This document shows positions 18,017-28,337 of a stretch of 64,000 nt of DNA, one piece after another. Source of the stretch: Acidobacteriota bacterium (GTDB taxonomy: Bacteria; Acidobacteriota; UBA4820; DSQY01); NCBI GenBank assembly GCA_049967655.1, contig JBMFSH010000008.1, positions 1-64,000 on the forward strand, given 5' to 3'. Position 1 is the stretch's first letter, and every line of letters begins with the position of its first letter. The notes below the pieces were generated by a model. The model was given only the letters and a program-made list of their open reading frames with translations, had not been told where the DNA came from and made no database searches. The translations under genes and the position numbers were made by a program.

Positions 18017-18739
18017 TCACTCCCGCGCGCGAGGGGGAGACGCCGCCGGCTTCTTGGCCGGATAGGGGCACAGGCGGTACACCGGGCACTCGCCGCAGTG
18101 CGGGCCCACGGGGCGGCAGATCCTCTGGCCGAAGGCCACCAGAAGCCCGTTGATGGGAATCCACCAGCGCCTCGGGAGGTTGCGCCTCAGCGCCATCTCC
18201 GTCTCTTCGGGCGTTTTCGTGGCCACGAACCCCCACCGGTAGTTGAGGATGCGGTGGACGTGCGTGTCCACACAGATGCCCGGCTTGCCGAAGCCCTCCG
18301 TGAGCACGAGGTTGGCCGTCTTGCGCCCCACGCCCGGCAGGGCGAGCAGTTCCTCCAACTCATCGGGGACCGCTCCGCCGTGCTTCTCCAGGAGGAGGGC
18401 GGCGATGGCGCGCAGGGCCCTGGCCTTGGTCTTGTAGAAGCCGACGGGGCGGATGGCGGCCTCCAGGAGCGGCAGCGGCAGCTTCAGCATCGCCTGGGGG
18501 GAAGAGGCGAGCGGCCAGAGGCGGTCGAAGGCCTTCTCGGTCACCACGTCGCGCGTGCGGAGGGAGAGCACCGTGCCCACCAGGACGGCGTAGGGATCGC
18601 GGTGCTCCTCCCGGATGCGTCCCACCACCGGCTCCTCGACCTCGGCCCTCCACTCCCGCAGGGCGCGGAGCAGGCGGGAGAGGGTCCGAACGGCCATGGG
18701 CCGGGCCGGGCGAAGAAGCGGGGGCTTGGGTTGGACCAC
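18017..18739 (-). CDS. nth: Endonuclease III
   Basis: LSLRTRD, GFYKTKA, HhH LPGVGRKTANLVL, VDTHVHRI, FCL motif CRPVGPHCGECPVYRLC; GTG start chosen from AAAGGAG RBS (alternative ATG 18697). Confidence 0.9.
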   Translation of the reverse strand: MVQPKPPLLRPARPMAVRTLSRLLRALREWRAEVEEPVVGRIREEHRDPYAVLVGTVLSLRTRDVVTEKAFDRLWPLASSPQAMLKLPLPLLEAAIRPVGFYKTKARALRAIAALLLEKHGGAVPDELEELLALPGVGRKTANLVLTEGFGKPGICVDTHVHRILNYRWGFVATKTPEETEMALRRNLPRRWWIPINGLLVAFGQRICRPVGPHCGECPVYRLCPYPAKKPAASPPRARE

Positions 18740-18759
18740 GGGAAGGGCTCCTTTCCGGT

Positions 18760-19158
18760 TCAACTGCCCGGCGAGGGGCGGTCCTCGTCGAAGGGAACTC
18801 CCTCGCGGAGGTTCACCCACACAGCCTGGGCGCTGCGCCGGGTGAGCATGACCTCCCAGTCGCCGCGCCAGTCCCGCACCACCGATCCGAAGAGAATCCG
18901 AAACTCGCTCTCCGAAAACTTCTCCTGGAAGACGTACCCGAAATCCGCGACCGACTCCCTGAAGACCCAGGCGGGGAAACGCATGGCGCGCGGGATCGAG
19001 AGCTCCCGGATGCGAGCCGGTTCGTACCCACATTCCCTCAGAACGGCCTGGAACTCTTCGGTGGCGTCCGTTCCGTCCACCCTCAAGTCGTGGCGCGACC
19101 GCTGGAGCTTGCCTTGGGCCAGCTCGCGCAGGGTCTCACGGAATTCGTCCCGGCTCAT
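18760..19158 (-). CDS. Hypothetical protein, probably co-transcribed with nth
   Basis: Protein-like 132-aa ORF with GGGAGG RBS, ends 20 bp before nth; no family recognised. Confidence 0.6.
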   Translation of the reverse strand: MSRDEFRETLRELAQGKLQRSRHDLRVDGTDATEEFQAVLRECGYEPARIRELSIPRAMRFPAWVFRESVADFGYVFQEKFSESEFRILFGSVVRDWRGDWEVMLTRRSAQAVWVNLREGVPFDEDRPSPGS

Positions 19159-19367
19159 GCCATCGGCCTCCCGGCCCAAGGCCTTCAGTATACGCGCTCT
19201 GCTCCGGCCACCACGGTCCAGCCGTTGTCCCAGGGTCCGCTACCCCAACCTCGACCCGTCCTCCGGCGAGCATGGGCAACGCCATCGGCGAGGTACGGCG
19301 CTTTTCGCTTTTTCTCCCTTCTCACTCGCTCACTTTTCACTTTTTGCTTCCCCCGATCGGGGCCATA

Positions 19368-19398
19368 AGAAAGAGCGGGGCCGAAGCCCCGCCCTTTT
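19368..19398 (-). terminator. Rho-independent terminator after citrate synthase (possibly bidirectional)
   Basis: Minus strand GGGCGGGGC-TTCG-GCCCCGCTC then TTTCTT. Confidence 0.75.
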
Positions 19399-19469
19399 GT
19401 CCTGCACCTCCGAAAAGGCCTCTGGCGGCCGGAGCGATGCACAGGCGCATCGGCCTCTGGAGAGACCTC

Positions 19470-20750
19470 CTACTTCGCCGCCTGCGCCTTGAACCAGGCG
19501 GTGGGCATGGACTTGGGCCGCTCGATGGGCTCGCCCCAGGCGCGGGAGACCACGAGCTGGGAGCACATGCCCATGGTGCGGCTGACGGAGAAGAGCACGG
19601 TGTAGTAGCTGAACTCCTTCATGCCGAAGTGGTAGAGCAGGCTTCCGGAGGCCGCATCCACGTTCGGCCACGGATCCTTGATCTTCTGAACCTGCTTGAG
19701 GACCTCGGGCACGACCTTGAAGACGCGGGCCATGGTCTGGTAGGTGGGATCGTTGGGGCACACCTTGGCGCCGAAGGCGTGGAAGGCGTCGAAGCGCGGG
19801 TCCGTGATGCGCAGGACGGCGTGGCCGTACCCGGGCACCACCTTGCCGGCGTTGAGCGTGTCCTGGGCGTACTTGGCGAGCTGCTCCTCCGTGGGGGCGC
19901 CGCCGAACTTCTTGTTGGTCTCCAGGATCCAGCTCAGGCACTCCTGGTTGGCCAGGCCGTGCAGGGGGCCCGCCAGGCCGTTGAGGCCGGCCGAGACCGC
20001 ATAGAAGGCGTCCGAGAGGGCCGAGCCCACGCAGTGGCAGGTGTGCGCCGAGACGTTGCCGCCCTCGTGGTCGCTGTGGAGGGTCAGGTAGAGGCGCATG
20101 AGGTTCTTGAACTCGCCCGTGGGGTCCGGGATGCCCAGCATGTGGGCGTAGTTGCCGCCCCAGTCCAGGTTCGGATCGGCGGGAATGCGCGGGCCCTTGC
20201 CGAAGGTCTTGCGGTAGATGTAGGCCGCGATCTCGGGCATCCAGGCCAGGATGTTGAGGGAGTCCTCCAGCATGGGCTCCCAGTACTGGTCCTTCTTCAT
20301 GCCCGCGTCGTACCCTTTGCGGAACTCGGATTCGCGCTCGAGGGCCAGGATGGCCGTGTCGAGCTGGCACATGGGGTGGGAGTCCTTCGGCATGGCGTTG
20401 AGGACGTCGAAGACGTAGTTCGGGAGCTTCTTCGCGCGGGCCTTCAGGTCGGCCTGAAGGTCCTTCAGCTCGTCGGCGCTCGGCAGCTTGCCCACACAGA
20501 GGAGCCAGAAGATCTCTTCGGGCAGCTTCCCGGTGAGCTCGGCGATGGGGATCCCCCGGATGATGAGGCCCTTGTCCGGCGGCACCTCGGAGGTGTCGCA
20601 CACCATGGCCTTGAGGCCGCGCATGCCGCCGAAGGCCGCGCCGATGGTCAGCTCGCCGATAACCTTGGCCCCGTGTTCCTTCACGAAGGCCTTGATGTCG
20701 TTGCGCATGTCGGGAATCTGCTTGGCCAATACATCGTGTAGCTTGCTCAT
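19470..20750 (-). CDS. gltA: Citrate (Si)-synthase, eukaryotic/mitochondrial-type
   Basis: GGMRGL, HSDHEGGNVSAHT, NGLAGPLHGLANQE, VVPGYGHAVLRITDPR, PWPNVDAASG, YYTVLF, PIERPKS; AGGAGG RBS. Confidence 0.93.
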   Translation of the reverse strand: MSKLHDVLAKQIPDMRNDIKAFVKEHGAKVIGELTIGAAFGGMRGLKAMVCDTSEVPPDKGLIIRGIPIAELTGKLPEEIFWLLCVGKLPSADELKDLQADLKARAKKLPNYVFDVLNAMPKDSHPMCQLDTAILALERESEFRKGYDAGMKKDQYWEPMLEDSLNILAWMPEIAAYIYRKTFGKGPRIPADPNLDWGGNYAHMLGIPDPTGEFKNLMRLYLTLHSDHEGGNVSAHTCHCVGSALSDAFYAVSAGLNGLAGPLHGLANQECLSWILETNKKFGGAPTEEQLAKYAQDTLNAGKVVPGYGHAVLRITDPRFDAFHAFGAKVCPNDPTYQTMARVFKVVPEVLKQVQKIKDPWPNVDAASGSLLYHFGMKEFSYYTVLFSVSRTMGMCSQLVVSRAWGEPIERPKSMPTAWFKAQAAK

Positions 20751-20940
20751 CAAACACCTCCTAAGATTTGGGTCCCAATTCAGGCCCGGCCGCCCGCTTG
20801 GCCGGGGTTTCTTCGCGACGCCCCCCTTCACCGAAGACCGCTGAGGCACCACGCACTTAAAACTCAATTGGCCGGACGAATCGCCGCATCCGTGGGCGGT
20901 GAGCTAGGCGTCCAGAGATCACCCCATAAACCGAGGGTAA

Positions 20941-20969
20941 AGTATGGGGACCACCCCCAGGGATGTCAA
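20941..20969 (-). promoter_or_regulatory. sigma70 promoter of citrate synthase
   Basis: Minus strand TTGACA-N17-CATACT. Confidence 0.7.
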
Positions 20970-21300
20970 GAAAAAGTCATGGCTCTGAAAGGGATGCGGT
21001 GAGAGCCCCCACTCCGTTCCCCTGCGGCACGTCCGGCGGGGAACGGTGGAGGGTGGAGGGTGGAGCGCCGGTCCGGCCGGGATTCCGCGTGCATCTCGCG
21101 GTCATCACCCTCCTTCAGCCCCCGCCGCCGCGCGGAGGCCGGTGGGGCCCGGCACACGCGCAAGGGAACCCCGGCCGTGGTAAGGTGGTCTCATCAACAG
21201 GTACCGGAGGCCCTTCTGGCGCCCTGCCGCTCCCGTCGTTCGCGTTCTCCCCCGGGGCGGGCCGAGGCCCTCCTCCGCGACCGAAGCAAAGGAGGCCACA

Positions 21301-22716
21301 ATGAAGCGCTCGTTCGTGCTCGTCCTCTTGGCGCTGGGGTTGCCCGCGGCCACCGCGGCTCAGGGCGGACAGACCATGCTGACGGTGTACAACCAGGACC
21401 TGGCCCTCGTCCGGCAGGTGAGGACCATACCGGTCCAGAAAGGGGTCTTCCCCTTCCGCTTCGAGGACGTGACGGCCAAGATCGATCCCACCTCCGTCTC
21501 CCTGGAGGCGCTTTCGGGCCCCCCCCTGGCCATCCTCGAACAGAACTACGCCTACGATCTGGTGAACGACCAGAAGGTCCTCGAAAAGAGCATCGGGCAG
21601 CCCATCACCTTCTTCGAGACGATCGGGAACGAGGAGAAGTCCTTCACCGGGACCCTCCTCTCGGTCAGCGGGAACCGGGCCGTCGTCAGGACGGGAGAGG
21701 GCATCTACGTGGGGGCCCCCTCGCGTTTCCTCCTCAACAAGCTGCCCCCCGGTCTCATCCTGAAACCCACGCTGGTCTGGCTCCTGAAGGGCGAGCAAAC
21801 GGGGGATCAGCGGGTGGCCCTCTCCTACCTCACCTCCGGCCTGTCGTGGCAGGCCAACTACGTCCTGCTCCTGTCCAAGGACGAACGGCACGCGGGCTTC
21901 ACCGGCTGGGTCACCCTCACCAACCAGAGCGGCGTCGGCTTCGAGGACGCCACCCTCAAGCTGATGGCGGGCGACGTCCACCGGGTGGAAAAGGTCCAGC
22001 CACCGCGCCCCATGCTCATGCGCGCCGAGGCCGCCCCCTCGCCGCAGCAGTTCGAGGAGAAGGGGCTCTTTGAGTATCACCTCTACACGCTCCAGCGGCC
22101 GGCCACGGTGGCCGACAACGAGACCAAGCAGATCCAGCTCATCAGCGCCCCGGAGGTTCCCGTGACCAAGAGCTACGTCTACGACGGGGCGGACCTTTCG
22201 GGGTACACGGGCTGGTACTACGGCTCCCGCGAGAACAGGGACCTGGGTGTGCCCTCCAACAAGAAGGTCGCGGTCTACTTGGGGTTCGAGAACAAGGCCG
22301 CTTCCGGCCTGGGAATCCCGCTGCCCAAGGGAACGGTCCGGGTTTTTCAGAACGACAGCGACGGCTCGGCCCAGTTCATCGGCGAGGACTCCATCGACCA
22401 CACCCCCAAGGATGAGCACCTGCGCATCCAGCTCGGCGACGCCTTCGACATCGTGGGCGAGCGCAAACAGACCGACTTCCGAGTGGTGGTGCCGAACCAC
22501 GTGGTGGAGGAATCCTTCGCCATCACGCTGCGCAACCACAAGAAGGAGGCCGTGGCGGTGAAGGTGGTGGAGGTGCTCTACCGCTGGTCCAACTGGGAGA
22601 TCGTCAAGGAGAGCCAACCCCACGAGAAGGTGGACAGCCAGACGGTGGTCTTTCCGGTCAACGTCCCAGCCGACGGCCAGAGCACGGTGACCTACACCGT
22701 GCGGTACACCTGGTAG
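21301..22716 (+). CDS. Secreted DUF4139-like protein
   Basis: Signal peptide; LTVYNQDLALVR, SYLTSGLSWQANY, LGIPLPKGTVRVF, IGEDSIDHTP; AAGGAGG RBS. Confidence 0.8.
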   Translation: MKRSFVLVLLALGLPAATAAQGGQTMLTVYNQDLALVRQVRTIPVQKGVFPFRFEDVTAKIDPTSVSLEALSGPPLAILEQNYAYDLVNDQKVLEKSIGQPITFFETIGNEEKSFTGTLLSVSGNRAVVRTGEGIYVGAPSRFLLNKLPPGLILKPTLVWLLKGEQTGDQRVALSYLTSGLSWQANYVLLLSKDERHAGFTGWVTLTNQSGVGFEDATLKLMAGDVHRVEKVQPPRPMLMRAEAAPSPQQFEEKGLFEYHLYTLQRPATVADNETKQIQLISAPEVPVTKSYVYDGADLSGYTGWYYGSRENRDLGVPSNKKVAVYLGFENKAASGLGIPLPKGTVRVFQNDSDGSAQFIGEDSIDHTPKDEHLRIQLGDAFDIVGERKQTDFRVVVPNHVVEESFAITLRNHKKEAVAVKVVEVLYRWSNWEIVKESQPHEKVDSQTVVFPVNVPADGQSTVTYTVRYTW

Positions 22717-22741
22717 GCGGGCGGGGGCCCGATCGCGGCGG

Positions 22742-23086
22742 TCAGGGCTTCACGTAGGCGAACCCCTCCTGCTGGAGCCTCACCAGTTCGAGGATGCCCG
22801 CGGGGACGATCTCGCACGGCCCCAGGAGGCTCTCGCGGGGCACCGCGAGGCCGCCGAGGGAGTTCCGGCAAAGGAGGAAGCGCGCGCCCGCGGCGGACAG
22901 ACGGGAGATCCGCTCGGCCTCCGGCTGACCGGCCACGAAGAGGCGCACAGCCGTCCCGTTGGCCACCATGCGGACGTCGGCCCGGTCGGGCGGGATCTCC
23001 TTGTAGAGGTTCTCGATGTTGTTGAGCGCCAGCGTCAGACGGCTGCCGCTGTCCTCGTCCAGATGAAAAACGACCTTCGTCTCCAT
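22742..23086 (-). CDS. DsrE/DsrF-like family protein
   Basis: KVVFHLD, LNNIENL, VANG, LCRNSL, VPAGILELVRLQQEGFAYVKP; AAGGAG RBS. Confidence 0.8.
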   Translation of the reverse strand: METKVVFHLDEDSGSRLTLALNNIENLYKEIPPDRADVRMVANGTAVRLFVAGQPEAERISRLSAAGARFLLCRNSLGGLAVPRESLLGPCEIVPAGILELVRLQQEGFAYVKP

Positions 23087-23124
23087 GTTCCATCTCCTTG
23101 CAGTCGGGCGAGCGCTGGGCCCAC

Positions 23125-26100
23125 CTATGGCTCCCCCTCGGCCGGCGCCTTCTCCCGGGCACCCCCACCGCCCCATCGGAGATAGAGGGCCGGGATCAGG
23201 TTGGTGCTCAGGAGGGAGCTCCAGAGCGTCCCTCCGAGAATGACGAGGGCGAGCCCCTGTTCGGGCTCGGCGCCCAGCCCCCAGCCCAGGGCCGTGGGCA
23301 GAACGCCCAGCGCGGCGGTGAGGGTCGTGAGGAGGATGGGGCGGAAGCGGACGCGCACGGCTTCGCGGACCGCCTCCCCGCGCTCCATCCCCAGAGCCTC
23401 GTTCTTGCGGGCCCGGTGCAGCAGCACGATGTCGTGGTTGAGGCTCATGCCCACGAGCGTGAGCAGCCCCACGAGGCCCGTGGCGTTCAACCCCACCCCG
23501 CTCACCGCCAGCGCCAGCGAGCCCCCCGTAAAGGCCAGCGGCATCTCGATCATGAGCAGGGCCGGGAGCCGCCAGCCATCGAACTGGAGCAGCAGGATGC
23601 CCAAGAGGAGCACCAGCGCGCCGAGGAGGGCGACCCCCAGTCCCGCGGCCGTCTGTTCGAGCTCCAGGAGAAGGCCGCCGAACTCGACGCGGTAGCCCGG
23701 GGGCACGGTGAGCCCCGCAAGGGCTCGGCGGGCCTCCGAAATGGTGCTGCCGAGCGGGCCCGTGGGGGTCGCCAGGATCTGGACGGCTCGCGCGCCGTCG
23801 ATGTGGCGGATGGCGTTGGGGCCCTGCACCAAGTTCACCGAGGCGAGCTGTCCCAGGGGCGTCCAGCCCCCGCCGGTACGCAGGAGCAGGTCGCGAAGGC
23901 CCGCCATACCGATGCCTGGGGCATCCGCGAGCCGTAGGTAGAGATCGAGGTGGTAGTTGCCGCTCGGAATGCGGGCGACGACGCTCCCGCCGAGGGCGGG
24001 CCGGATCTGGTCGTAGAGCTCCGCCGGCGTGATGCCGTAGAGGGCCATGGCTCCCTCATCGGGCCGGATCTGGAGCTCGCTCACGGGGTAGGCGTCGTTG
24101 TTGAAGAGGTCCGTGAGGGCTTTCACGTGCTTGAGGCGGGCGGTGACGGCCTCGGAGAGGGTTCGCAGCTCTCCCAAGTCCTCTCCGTAGACCGTGACGG
24201 CGAAGGGCTGGGGCAGGCCCGAGAGGCTCTCTCCCAGCCGCTCGATGGTGGGCGTGTCGATACTCTGCTGGACACCGTCCATGGCGGCCTCGCGTAGGAG
24301 GCGGGCGGCCACGCGGTCCAGGCTCTGGACCTTGACGCCCGGCTTGAGCGTGACCTGGATCTCCCCGGCGTAGGCCGGCTCGGTGTAGGTGGTCTTGGCG
24401 GACGAGCCGACGCGGGCCAGGACGTGCTCCACGTCGCCGTCGGCCATGAGCTTGGCCGTCAGGCGGTCCACCACGCGCCGGGTCTCCCGAAGGCCCGTCC
24501 CGGGCGGCAGGGTGTAGCTGTCGAGCAGCACCCCCTCGTTGGGCAGGGGCAAAAAGTTGACGGGCACGAACACGAGCACGGCGATGCTCAGGAGGAGCAG
24601 AACCACGGCGGCGGCCAGGCTCGCCCCCGGCCGGCGCAGCGTGAGGCTCAAGAGCCGCTCGTTCTGCCGCTCCAGCCAGGCAACGAAGGGGGCCCCGGGC
24701 GCGGGAGCGCTCGCCCCCCTCGCGCGCAACATGCCCAGGAGCAGGGGGACGAGGGTCAGGGAGATGAGCAGCGAGGCGAGGAGCGAGATGCTCATGGCCA
24801 GGGCGAAGGGGATGAAGAAGAGGCCGGCGATGCCGCCCACCAGCAGGAGCGGGAGGTAAACCGAAACCGTGCTGAAGGTGCCCGTAGCGTCGGGGGCCGC
24901 GATGTCGCAGAGGCCGAGCCAGACGCCCTCGCGCCCCTCGTGGCCGTTCTCCCACTGGTGGTAGATGCTCTCGAGTACGATGATGCCGTCGTCGGCCAGG
25001 AGGCCCACGGCCACCGACAGGGCGCCGAGCGTCAGGAGGTTCAGGCTCTGGCCCGTGGCGTAGAGGCCGGCGATGCCCACGAGCAGGGCCATGGGGATGC
25101 TCAACGCCAGGATCCAGACGCCCCGGTGCAGCCCCAGGAGCCAGAAGAGGACGAGGACCGCCAGAATCCCGCCGATGATCAGGTTCCGTCCCAGGTCGTG
25201 GCCGATCAGGCCCACCACCTGCCCCTGGGTGTAGATGCGAACCCAGCGGGCCCCCGCGGGAAGCTGGCCCTTCAGCGATTCGAGCGTGCGGGCCAGGGCC
25301 CGGGTGACGGGGACGGTGGAGGCCCCCGAGTGCTTGAAGACGAGCATGGCGACGGTCTGCCTGCCGTCCAGCAGTTCGGCGTTGCGCATGGGCTTGGTGG
25401 CGGTCACGATGCGGGCCAGCGCCCTGAGGGGGATGGGGCCGGAGGGTGCCGGCACGGTGACGGCGTCCAGCGCCGCCACGGTCTTCGGGAGGTCTCTCGC
25501 CTGGATCAGCACGTCCTGGTAGCCCAGGCGCAGATAGCCCGCCGGCCCCAGCAGCACCTGCTTCCGGAGCGTCTGCTCCAGGAGCGGGAGGGGCACCCCG
25601 TAGTGCCGGAGGGCGTTTAGGTCGGGCTGGACCCAGAGGGCCTCGGTGCCGCCGCCGAAGACGATCACCCGCTGGACTCCCGGCAGGGCCCGCACCGCGG
25701 GTTCGACGCGCGTGATGACGGCCCGTTCGGCTGCGGCCGGGGAGACCCCCGCGGGGACGCTGAGGGCGTAGTCAGCCACCTCGTTGATGGCCGCGCCCAT
25801 GATCTCGGCGTAGGGCTCCACGCCGGCGGGCAGGCTGTTGCGCACGCGATCCATGGCCCCGTAGACCGCCTGCAGGTCCATCTGCGGGTCGGAGCCGTTG
25901 CGAAAGCGGGCGTCGATCTCCAGCGTGTTTTGCCCCATGACCGAGCGGAGGGAGGAGAGGGCCGGGAGGGAAAGGAGCTGGCCCTCCAGGGGCCGCGCCA
26001 CGAGGTTTTCAAGGTCCTCCGCCGTGGCCCCGGGGTAGTGGGCCGTGATGGCGATCTCCGGGTAGTTGAAGCGGGGCAGCACCTCCACGGGGATGTTTTT

Positions 26101-26196
26101 GAGCGCCACCAGGCCGTAGGCCAGGAGGCCCCCGAAGATCATGAGCCAGAGGACGGGCCGATCGAGGCTGCGGCGGAAGAGGGATTTCAGCTCCAT
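23125..26196 (-). CDS. RND efflux permease (AcrB/CzcA-like)
   Basis: 1023 aa, PVEVLPRFNYP, LNLLTLGAL..GLLADDGIIVLE, RFRPILLTTL. Confidence 0.92.
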   Translation of the reverse strand: MELKSLFRRSLDRPVLWLMIFGGLLAYGLVALKNIPVEVLPRFNYPEIAITAHYPGATAEDLENLVARPLEGQLLSLPALSSLRSVMGQNTLEIDARFRNGSDPQMDLQAVYGAMDRVRNSLPAGVEPYAEIMGAAINEVADYALSVPAGVSPAAAERAVITRVEPAVRALPGVQRVIVFGGGTEALWVQPDLNALRHYGVPLPLLEQTLRKQVLLGPAGYLRLGYQDVLIQARDLPKTVAALDAVTVPAPSGPIPLRALARIVTATKPMRNAELLDGRQTVAMLVFKHSGASTVPVTRALARTLESLKGQLPAGARWVRIYTQGQVVGLIGHDLGRNLIIGGILAVLVLFWLLGLHRGVWILALSIPMALLVGIAGLYATGQSLNLLTLGALSVAVGLLADDGIIVLESIYHQWENGHEGREGVWLGLCDIAAPDATGTFSTVSVYLPLLLVGGIAGLFFIPFALAMSISLLASLLISLTLVPLLLGMLRARGASAPAPGAPFVAWLERQNERLLSLTLRRPGASLAAAVVLLLLSIAVLVFVPVNFLPLPNEGVLLDSYTLPPGTGLRETRRVVDRLTAKLMADGDVEHVLARVGSSAKTTYTEPAYAGEIQVTLKPGVKVQSLDRVAARLLREAAMDGVQQSIDTPTIERLGESLSGLPQPFAVTVYGEDLGELRTLSEAVTARLKHVKALTDLFNNDAYPVSELQIRPDEGAMALYGITPAELYDQIRPALGGSVVARIPSGNYHLDLYLRLADAPGIGMAGLRDLLLRTGGGWTPLGQLASVNLVQGPNAIRHIDGARAVQILATPTGPLGSTISEARRALAGLTVPPGYRVEFGGLLLELEQTAAGLGVALLGALVLLLGILLLQFDGWRLPALLMIEMPLAFTGGSLALAVSGVGLNATGLVGLLTLVGMSLNHDIVLLHRARKNEALGMERGEAVREAVRVRFRPILLTTLTAALGVLPTALGWGLGAEPEQGLALVILGGTLWSSLLSTNLIPALYLRWGGGGAREKAPAEGEP

Positions 26197-26203
26197 GCCT
26201 GGC

Positions 26204-27250
26204 TCAGTCGGGAGGGGTGTAGCTCTTGGCTACGTCCTGGTGGAAGCGGAGGTACGCGTCGTTGGCCACCACACGGTCACCGGCCTTGAGCCCCCTCACG
26301 ATGGCCCGCCAGCCGTCCGACTCGGGCCCCGGTTCCACCTCGCGGCGCTCCTCGCCCGAGGGGCCGGCGATCAGCACGTACCACTGCTGCCCCTTGAGCA
26401 CGAGGGCACGCTCGGGCACGGCCGGCCACGAGGCGGCGGCTCCCTCCAGCCTCAGCGTGCCTGCCTGGCCGCTGATCCAAGCTGCGGGTCCGATGGGCAC
26501 GCACCCAACGGCGCGGCCGCCGTCGGGCCTCACGGGAGCGATGACGCCGCGGACCTGGACCGGTACCGGCTCGCCTCCCCCCGCCGGCGTGAAGAGGCCC
26601 TTCATGCCGGCCTTGAGCTCCAGGGCGTCACGGCCGTAGAAGACGGCGCGCGCCCAGAGCCGGGCCGGGTCCTCCAGGCGGGCCAGCACCGTTCCGGCCG
26701 CGACCGGCTGCCCTTGGGCAACGGCCACCTCCGTCACCGTTCCGCTGACGGGGGCTCGGATCTCTCCCTCCGCGCTGACAAAGGTCCACCGGGCCTTGGC
26801 CGCCTTCAGGGCACTTGCGGTCTGGGTGACTGCCGCCTGGGCCTCGGCCAGCTTCTGGCTGTTGCTGATCACGGGATAGGTCTGATGAACCACGGCCTCG
26901 TTTCTCTTAGCCAGATCGAGGGCACTCTCCGCCTGGTCCAGCGCGGAGCGGGCCTCGGCCAGCTCCTTGGCTCGCTCGGGGCCCGCGAGGCGTCCCAGCA
27001 GCTCCCCCCTCCGGACGGCCATGCCCGGCGAGACCTTCCACTGAACCAGCGTGCCGTCCACGAGGGCCGGTACGGTGACGAGAGCCACCGGCTCCACGAG
27101 GGCATAGGCCGTGAGCGAAGTCGAAAAGGATCTCTCATGGACGACGATAGGCGCCTCAGCCCCCCCCGGCGCGCCGGAGCCCATGGCGGCACCGGCCGGA
27201 AGGAGGGAGAGAGAGACGAACACCGCAGTGGTCAAGACCTTGGAGCGCAT
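26204..27250 (-). CDS. RND periplasmic adaptor (membrane fusion protein)
   Basis: Signal peptide, lipoyl halves (IRAPVSGTV), alpha-hairpin, GLKAGDRVV; AGGAGG RBS. Confidence 0.85.
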   Translation of the reverse strand: MRSKVLTTAVFVSLSLLPAGAAMGSGAPGGAEAPIVVHERSFSTSLTAYALVEPVALVTVPALVDGTLVQWKVSPGMAVRRGELLGRLAGPERAKELAEARSALDQAESALDLAKRNEAVVHQTYPVISNSQKLAEAQAAVTQTASALKAAKARWTFVSAEGEIRAPVSGTVTEVAVAQGQPVAAGTVLARLEDPARLWARAVFYGRDALELKAGMKGLFTPAGGGEPVPVQVRGVIAPVRPDGGRAVGCVPIGPAAWISGQAGTLRLEGAAASWPAVPERALVLKGQQWYVLIAGPSGEERREVEPGPESDGWRAIVRGLKAGDRVVANDAYLRFHQDVAKSYTPPD

Positions 27251-27287
27251 GGCCCCTCCTCGGACGGAGTACCATCCGTTTGAAATC

Positions 27288-27320
27288 AGTATAGCGCCCC
27301 AGGTTACGGCAGCCTTACCG
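27288..27320 (-). promoter_or_regulatory. Putative -10 plus OmpR-type direct-repeat box for the left RND operon
   Basis: Minus strand GGTAA-N6-CGTAA, 10 nt, TATACT. Confidence 0.45.
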
Positions 27321-27650
27321 TCATCCGGGAGACGCGAAAGGCAAGGCGTGAGGCGCAAGACACGAGATCCAAAAGTCCCTCCCCCGGGCTGGTGAAGGGA
27401 TAACGGATGATGGCTGAGGGAGCGGTCGCGTTATGGCCCCGACCTCCGATCCGAAATCCTAACTCCGCGATCCCCACTTCACATTCCCCCTTCCTCGATG
27501 TGGAGGTCTCTGTCTTCCGGACTCCGCCTCCCCACACCGCCCCTGGACAGCCCGGGGGCTCTCGGATAGGCTGTCCCTGACGCACGGCGGGCAACAGGCG
27601 ATTGGATCGCGACAGGGTGCCGGGCCGGAGCTCTTCGTCGGGAGGGACTC

Positions 27651-28337
27651 ATGCGTCTATTGATCGTGGAGGATGACCCGCAGATAGCCGCCCTCTCCAA
27701 GAAGAAGCTGGAGGAGGCCGGCTTTGCGGTGGACTGGGCGAGAGACGGCGAGGAGGGGCTCTCCCTTGCGCTGGCCGAACCCTACGACTGCGCCGTCGTA
27801 GACGTCATGCTGCCCCGGCTGGACGGCCTCTCCCTCATCCGGGAGATGAGGAAGGAGCGAGTGAATACGCCCGTCCTGATCCTGAGCGCCAAGCGCTCCG
27901 TGGAGGACCGGGTGGAGGGGCTTCATTCGGGGAGCGACGACTACCTCACCAAACCCTTCGCCTTCTCCGAGCTCCTGGCGCGCATCCATGCCCTCCTCCG
28001 CCGCGCCACCGGGGCCATGGAGCCGGTGCGGCTGGAGGCCGGAGACCTCTCCCTGGACCTCCTGCGCCACGAGGCCTTCCGGGGAGGCAAGCGCATCAAC
28101 CTCAAACCGAAGGAGTTCTCCCTTCTGGAGTACCTCATGCGCAGCAGGGGGCGGGTCGTCTCCAAGACGATGATCCTGGAACACGTCTGGGATTATCACT
28201 TCGAGCCCCAGGCCAACGTGGTCGAGGCCGCCATCAGCCGCCTGCGCGACAAGGTGGACCGCGACTTCGAGCCCAAGATGATCCGCACGTTGCGGGGGGT
28301 GGGGTACCTCCTCGAGGCGTCCCGTGACACACCCTAG
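27651..28337 (+). CDS. OmpR/CusR-family response regulator
   Basis: MRLLIVEDD, DVMLP, DDYLTKPFAFSELLARI, winged helix IRTLRGVGY. Confidence 0.93.
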   Translation: MRLLIVEDDPQIAALSKKKLEEAGFAVDWARDGEEGLSLALAEPYDCAVVDVMLPRLDGLSLIREMRKERVNTPVLILSAKRSVEDRVEGLHSGSDDYLTKPFAFSELLARIHALLRRATGAMEPVRLEAGDLSLDLLRHEAFRGGKRINLKPKEFSLLEYLMRSRGRVVSKTMILEHVWDYHFEPQANVVEAAISRLRDKVDRDFEPKMIRTLRGVGYLLEASRDTP

